Positions 48,851-53,346 of a stretch of DNA of 53,346 bases are shown here, piece after piece. The DNA is from an uncultured Bacillota bacterium. Lineage in GTDB: Bacteria > Bacillota > Limnochordia > Limnochordales > ZCTH02-B6. The translations under genes and the position numbers were made by a program. The first letter of the stretch is position 1. Each line of letters begins with the position of its first letter. The notes under the pieces were generated by a model. The model searched no databases, was not told the DNA's origin, and was given only the letters and a program-made list of their open reading frames with translations. The stretch lies in the NCBI GenBank assembly GCA_937916565.1, contig CALFSR010000135.1:1-53346 (forward strand), given 5' to 3'.

Positions 48851-50140
48851 GTGCGCGTGGCGGTTTTAGGAACCGGCCTGATCGGCCAGATGATGGTGCG
48901 AGAGCTTGCCCGCTCGACCACGTTCGACGAAGTGATCGCGGTGGACGCTCGAGCCGACCGGGCGCTGGCCGCCGCCGCGGACGCCCGGGCGGCGGCTGAC
49001 GGCGAGGCCGCAGCGACCGGTGCCGACGCCGTCGCAAAGAGCGCGCCGTCGATGGGGCCGGACTCCCGGACGGCGGAAAGGGACGTGGCGGACGGCAGGA
49101 ACTCAAGGCGCCCGGCCGTGCGGGCCGTCGCCGCGGACTTGAGCTCGTACGACGAGATGGCCGCGCTCTTGCGCGACGTGGACATCGCCATCGCGGCCCT
49201 GCCCGACTCGTTGAGCTTTCTGGCCAACCAGGCCGCCATCAAGGCCGGCTGCCACCTGATCGACCTTGTGGGCGCGGAGTACCCCGAAAAGCTCGCCGCC
49301 CTGGACGTACCCGCCAAGAAGGCCGGCGTGCTGGTGCTCACCGGCTGCGGCGTTGCCCCCGGCATCGCCAACGTCCTGGCCGCCCGGGGCGTGGAGCTGC
49401 TCGATGAAGCCGACGAGGTCATCATCTATTGCGGCGGCCTGCCCCGTTACCCGCGGCCGCCCCTCATGTACCGGCAAGTTTTTAGCTTGGAAGGGCTCAT
49501 GGGCCTGTACACCCGGCCGGTGTACGTGGTTGAGGACGGTCGCCTCGTGGAGCTGCCGCCCATGTCGGGCCTGGAGGAGTGCCTCTTCCCCGACCCGGTC
49601 GGCGCCTGCGAAGCCGCCTACTCCGACGCCCATACCGTGCCCTACATCCTGCGCGACAAGGTCAAGCGCCTGGCCGAAAAGACCGTCCGCTACCGGGGCC
49701 ATTTCGCCAAGATGAAGGTGCTAAAGGAGCTGGGCTTCCTCGACGACCGGCCGGTGTCCGTGGATGGCCAAGCCGTGCGCCCGCTCGCCTTAACCATGTC
49801 TTTGCTGGAGCCGCTCATCCAGGGCGAGTCCCGCGAAGACGTCACCGTCCTGCGCGTCGTCGCGACGGGGAAACGCCACGGCGTTACCGTTCGGCACACG
49901 TGGCAGATGATGGACTACTACGACCCAAGCACGGGCTACACGTCCATGGCCCGCACCACCGGCTACCCGCCGGTCATCGCAGCCGAATGGCTCGCCGCCG
50001 GTGAACTGTCTGAGCGCGGCTTCCTCGCGCCCGAGCAGGTGCTGGCGGGCGACCGGTTTGAACCGTTCCTGGCCGCCCTCGCTCAGCGAGGCATTACCTT
50101 CGAGTACAGCTGCGAGCCGGTCTCGGGGGACGGTTCGTAA
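48851..50140 (+). CDS. Saccharopine dehydrogenase-family oxidoreductase, paralog 2 (carries an Ala/Asp/Arg-rich insertion of about 40 aa)
   Basis: Colinear with paralog 1 (RVAVLGTGLIGQMM, TGCGVAPGIANVLAARG, IIYCGGLPRYP, EAAYSDAH, KTVRY.GHF). GTG at 48851 follows GGGAGG. The ORF track extends upstream to 48542 across paralog 1. Confidence 0.75.
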   Translation: MRVAVLGTGLIGQMMVRELARSTTFDEVIAVDARADRALAAAADARAAADGEAAATGADAVAKSAPSMGPDSRTAERDVADGRNSRRPAVRAVAADLSSYDEMAALLRDVDIAIAALPDSLSFLANQAAIKAGCHLIDLVGAEYPEKLAALDVPAKKAGVLVLTGCGVAPGIANVLAARGVELLDEADEVIIYCGGLPRYPRPPLMYRQVFSLEGLMGLYTRPVYVVEDGRLVELPPMSGLEECLFPDPVGACEAAYSDAHTVPYILRDKVKRLAEKTVRYRGHFAKMKVLKELGFLDDRPVSVDGQAVRPLALTMSLLEPLIQGESREDVTVLRVVATGKRHGVTVRHTWQMMDYYDPSTGYTSMARTTGYPPVIAAEWLAAGELSERGFLAPEQVLAGDRFEPFLAALAQRGITFEYSCEPVSGDGS

Positions 50141-50179
50141 CGTCCTCGGCGGCACCAACGCGCCTAAGTGGCGCCGTGG

Positions 50180-50220
50180 GCGGGGGCAGCGCTTGAAGGA
50201 CCTTCAAGCGCTGCCCCCGC
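50180..50220. terminator. 41-nt perfect palindrome between convergent genes, likely a bidirectional terminator hairpin
   Basis: GCGGGGGCAGCGCTTGAAGG-A-CCTTCAAGCGCTGCCCCCGC. All 20 position pairs are complementary. There are no flanking U/A tracts. Confidence 0.6.
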
Positions 50221-50240
50221 ATGCGCTACCCGGCCGGGTT

Positions 50241-50648
50241 TCACCCTACCCCGACACCGTACCATTGCGCCATCGCGTCCCGGTAAAAGCGGTTTGTCGC
50301 CAAGTAACGCAACACGTCCCGGGTCTGCTCAAGCGGCTGATCGTTTAGCTCCGCGCACAGGGCGGCGATCTCGCCCTCCGTGTCAGGCCCCAGCGTCAAA
50401 CGGCGCACCGTACCGTCGGCCAGCTTAAAAACGCAGCGGATGTCGCCGTCGCCGACGACTTCGTTCCAGTACGTGGGCTCGAGATGCTCGGCCACCAGCG
50501 CAAGGTAGGTTTCCAAGCTGCCTTTCGGGACGCGGACGCAGCGCACGGACGTCCCGCGCCGCTCCATGATCTCGACACCGAGGGCGGCGAGTTCATCGTC
50601 GGTCAACATGGGCGCTCCCATGAGAACGCTGAGATAGAAGTTGGACAC
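50241..50648 (-). CDS. Hypothetical protein, no family recognised
   Basis: Open frame with plausible codon usage. The best start is GTG at 50648, 6 nt after AGGAGC. The ORF track extends to 50825. Confidence 0.45.
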   Translation of the reverse strand: MSNFYLSVLMGAPMLTDDELAALGVEIMERRGTSVRCVRVPKGSLETYLALVAEHLEPTYWNEVVGDGDIRCVFKLADGTVRRLTLGPDTEGEIAALCAELNDQPLEQTRDVLRYLATNRFYRDAMAQWYGVGVG

Positions 50649-50918
50649 GGGGAAGCTCCTTTCCCAGGGAATGTCGAGAACGGCTCGCGCCCGCCCCGCA
50701 TAGCCGCCGCCTCGGGCCGCCGCAACTGCGTCTCCTAGAGGCGATGCCGCCGGGTTTCCCCAATGCATGAGCCTAGCAGGTCGCGGCGGGGAATACAATT
50801 CGTTCACTGACAGAATTTCACTCATGGACCGGCGCTCGTGCCGGCGGGAACAAGGTTTCGCGCGTGGCGGCGCGGAACAGTTTCATCGCCAAAGGTCTAC
50901 TCGAAAGGAAAATGCCTC

Positions 50919-52436
50919 ATGCGGTGGAGCATCGGCGGAAAGCTCGCCATCGGATTCACTTGCGTCTTGCTGCTCATCGCGTCGATCATGTATGTCGGCC
51001 TAAGCGGGTTCACCACCATTACCAGCGCCTACGAAGCGGAGATCGCCCGCCTCGCGGCCGCAGGCGGCGGCACGGCCGCCGTGCCGGAGACCGTGCGCAG
51101 CGTCGTCGACCGCCACTGGCAGCTCATGTGGGGCTTAGCCGTCGTGGCCATCATCGGCGCCACGGTGGTGCTGGTCGTCTTTACCCGCGGGACGGCCGGA
51201 CCGGTGCGGCAAACCGCGCAGGCTGCGCTGCAGCTCGCCGACGGCGATCTGACTATCCCCCAGCTCCACATCCGCACTGGCGATGAGCTGCAGGAGATGG
51301 CCAGCGCGTTCAACCGCATGCTGGGAAACCTGAAGGATCTTATCTCCCAGATCCAGCGCACCGGCGTCACGTTGACGGAGCACGCCCGGCAGCTGCTGGC
51401 CGTGGCCGACGAGACGACCGCCGCCACCACCCACATCGCCGAGGCCATCAGCGAGGTCGCCCAAGGCACCGACAGCCAGGTGCAGCACATGCAGCGCACC
51501 GGCACGGCCATGGCTGAACTGCGGCGGGCTATCGAGCAAATCGCGGCAGGCGCCCAGCGCCAGGCGGAACAGATGGAGGGCACTTCGCGCCTTTTGGGTG
51601 AAATCAAGCAGGCCATCGACCAGGTGGCGGACTCGGCACGGCAAGTAGCGGAGGCCGCCGCGGAAGGGACCCGGCGGGCCGAGTCCGGCGGCAGCGCCGT
51701 GGAGCAGGTGGTGCAGGGCATCTCGCAGGTGCGCGCCGTCACGGGGCAGGTGGCGCAGCGGGTCAACGAACTGCGCGGCTACTCGGTGCAGATCGGCCAG
51801 ATCGTGGATCTCATCGGTGAAATCGCCGAGCAAACGAACCTGCTAGCGCTGAACGCCGCCATCGAAGCGGCCCGGGCGGGCGAGCACGGCCGGGGATTTG
51901 GCGTCGTGGCGGACGAAGTGCGGCGCCTGGCGGTGCGGGCTGCCGAGTCGGCGCAAGAGATCGGCCGGCTCATCGGCAACATTCAGATGGCGGTGGACGC
52001 GGCCGCCCAGGCCATCGGCACCGGCGAAAGCCATGTGGAAACCAGCACCGAGCTCGCGGGGCGGGCCCGGGACGAGCTGCACAAAATCATCGCCGCCATC
52101 AACACGACCGACGACATGGCCCGGACGATTTCCGCCGCCGCCCAGCAGATGGCCGCCGCGGGTCCCAAGATGATGGAGGCCATGGACGAAATGGCCCGCA
52201 TCACGGCCGAGAACGCCGCGGCGACACGGCGCATGACGGCTGCCAGCGACAACGTCGTCCAGTCCATGGATGAAGTCGCCGCCATCTCCGAGGAAACCGC
52301 CGGCGGCGCCGAACAGGTCAGCGCATCGACGCAACAAGTCAACGCTTCAGCCGTTACCATGAAAGAATCCGTCCAGCAACTGAGCGAACTAGCAAACCAG
52401 CTCGAGCGGCTGGTGGGGCGGTTCAAGGTGCAGTGA
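50919..52436 (+). CDS. Methyl-accepting chemotaxis protein with a very short (about 45 aa) extracytoplasmic loop and a HAMP domain
   Basis: Signalling tip [43 protein letters not shown] at 50919 follows AAAGGA. The ORF track starts at 50838. Confidence 0.9.
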   Translation: MRWSIGGKLAIGFTCVLLLIASIMYVGLSGFTTITSAYEAEIARLAAAGGGTAAVPETVRSVVDRHWQLMWGLAVVAIIGATVVLVVFTRGTAGPVRQTAQAALQLADGDLTIPQLHIRTGDELQEMASAFNRMLGNLKDLISQIQRTGVTLTEHARQLLAVADETTAATTHIAEAISEVAQGTDSQVQHMQRTGTAMAELRRAIEQIAAGAQRQAEQMEGTSRLLGEIKQAIDQVADSARQVAEAAAEGTRRAESGGSAVEQVVQGISQVRAVTGQVAQRVNELRGYSVQIGQIVDLIGEIAEQTNLLALNAAIEAARAGEHGRGFGVVADEVRRLAVRAAESAQEIGRLIGNIQMAVDAAAQAIGTGESHVETSTELAGRARDELHKIIAAINTTDDMARTISAAAQQMAAAGPKMMEAMDEMARITAENAAATRRMTAASDNVVQSMDEVAAISEETAGGAEQVSASTQQVNASAVTMKESVQQLSELANQLERLVGRFKVQ

Positions 52437-53346
52437 AGGCGAAGCTCGTCCGCCTTGTCTCCCTTGTAGCGCTGGCTGCGGGGGTGTTTGCCCTGCTGCT
52501 GGCGCACTTGTTTTCCTCCCTGGCTCCCCTCTCGTCCAGCATGGGCGCCCGGGCAAAGCCGGCTCTCCTCCTTGGGTTGGCGGCAGCAATCCCGGGCGTC
52601 GCGCTCAGCCTGCTCACCGCCGGCCAGCCTGGTGGCCCGGCGACGGCAGCGAAAAGCGCGGGCACACAGATGCGCCCTCCTGCACCGGTTCGCCCGGTCC
52701 AAGCGGCGCGACGGGCGGTGCGCTTTGCCGGGCCCCTGGTGCTGGGAGCCATGCTCGGCTGGTTCGCCTTCGGCGTGTTCATCTACGCGGTCCAAGACCA
52801 GCTCGTCTTTAGCCCGCGCCGGCTCACGCCCGAGCGCCTGGAACGCGTCCGGTCGGAGTACCCGCAGGCGCAGGATGTCGAGATTGTCTCCGGGGATGGA
52901 ACGGTCTTGCGGGGCTGGCTCCTGCCTCCCTGGTCGCCGCGGGCCGATGCAACGGGCAAGTGGCCGCTCGTCATCGTCTTTGCCGGCCAAGGCGGTGAAG
53001 CGTCGGGCTATTTCGAGCTGTCCCGCTGGCTTCCCGACATGGCGTGGGCGTTCGTGAACTACCGCGGTTACGGTGCCAGCGACGGAACGCCGTCGGACAA
53101 GGGGATCTTTCAAGACGCCGTGGCGGTATACGACTACTTTGCCGCCCGGCCTGACATCGATGCAGACAAGATCTTTGCCCTGGGAGGGAGCATGGGGACG
53201 GGCGTCGCCACGTACCTGGCCGCCCACCGGCCGGTGGCGGCGGTGGTCCTCTTTTCGCCCTACGACAGTATCGGTGCCGGGGTTGCCCGGGACATCGTGC
53301 CGTGGCTGCCGACGGGCCTTTTGTTCCGCAACCGCTTTGACGCTGC
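52433..53346 (+). CDS. Membrane-anchored alpha/beta hydrolase. The 3' end runs off the window.
   Basis: Absent from the ORF track because there is no stop codon in the window. From GTG at 52433 the translation is [27 protein letters not shown], then two more hydrophobic segments, then [27 protein letters not shown] and the nucleophile elbow [10 protein letters not shown]. The start overlaps the MCP stop (GTGA). Confidence 0.7.
   Translation, partial: MKAKLVRLVSLVALAAGVFALLLAHLFSSLAPLSSSMGARAKPALLLGLAAAIPGVALSLLTAGQPGGPATAAKSAGTQMRPPAPVRPVQAARRAVRFAGPLVLGAMLGWFAFGVFIYAVQDQLVFSPRRLTPERLERVRSEYPQAQDVEIVSGDGTVLRGWLLPPWSPRADATGKWPLVIVFAGQGGEASGYFELSRWLPDMAWAFVNYRGYGASDGTPSDKGIFQDAVAVYDYFAARPDIDADKIFALGGSMGTGVATYLAAHRPVAAVVLFSPYDSIGAGVARDIVPWLPTGLLFRNRFDA

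Overview
A 53.3 kb high-GC window, roughly 65-70% GC by eye. The gene content looks like a Gram-positive, Firmicutes-type genome: CheC/CheD chemotaxis and a flaG-fliD-fliS-fliT-like gene order. My guess is a Symbiobacterium/Thermaerobacter/Limnochordia-like lineage, which I cannot verify without a search. I saw no rRNA, tRNA, CRISPR array, IS element or phage genes.

Gene content from left to right:
1. A long minus-strand chemotaxis operon (1-10665): GAF-GGDEF-PAS-HD-GYP, two MCPs, then cheW, cheA, cheC, cheD, cheY and cheB (truncated at the window edge).
2. A late flagellar operon, flaG-fliD-fliS-(fliT/flgN-like), at 11259-14052.
3. A carboxymuconolactone-decarboxylase-family gene, divergent from a complete LIV-type branched-chain amino-acid ABC transporter (14978-19616).
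4. An orphan glpD.
5. A second chemoreceptor/c-di-GMP module (21563-27831): a dCache MCP, a paralogous GGDEF-PAS-HD-GYP with a degenerate HD-GYP domain, and a GAF-HD-GYP.
6. Sir2/cobB, then lemA-htpX-paiB-CBS.
7. A lower-GC arginase-fold gene.
8. A 12 kb minus-strand carbohydrate locus (32855-45018): iolG-like, iolE-like, msmX-like ATPase, PHP/CehA-like phosphoesterase, LacI regulator, GH38 alpha-mannosidase, binding protein and two permeases. It carries two copies of a 14-bp LacI-type palindrome.
9. A polar amino-acid ABC transporter followed by two tandem saccharopine-dehydrogenase-family paralogs.
10. A hypothetical gene, a fourth MCP, and an overlapping membrane-anchored alpha/beta hydrolase that runs off the 3' end.

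The most interesting points:
- c-di-GMP turnover proteins are wired to chemoreceptor genes at two separate loci.
- The mannosidase/inositol/PHP locus comes with a predicted operator.
- An amino-acid ABC transporter is paired with duplicated saccharopine-dehydrogenase-family genes.
- Several repeat and palindrome elements in intergenic regions are directly visible.

Limits: start codons are often uncertain because ORFs in high-GC DNA are extended by alternative starts. All functional calls rest on motif recognition in the translations, not on database searches.
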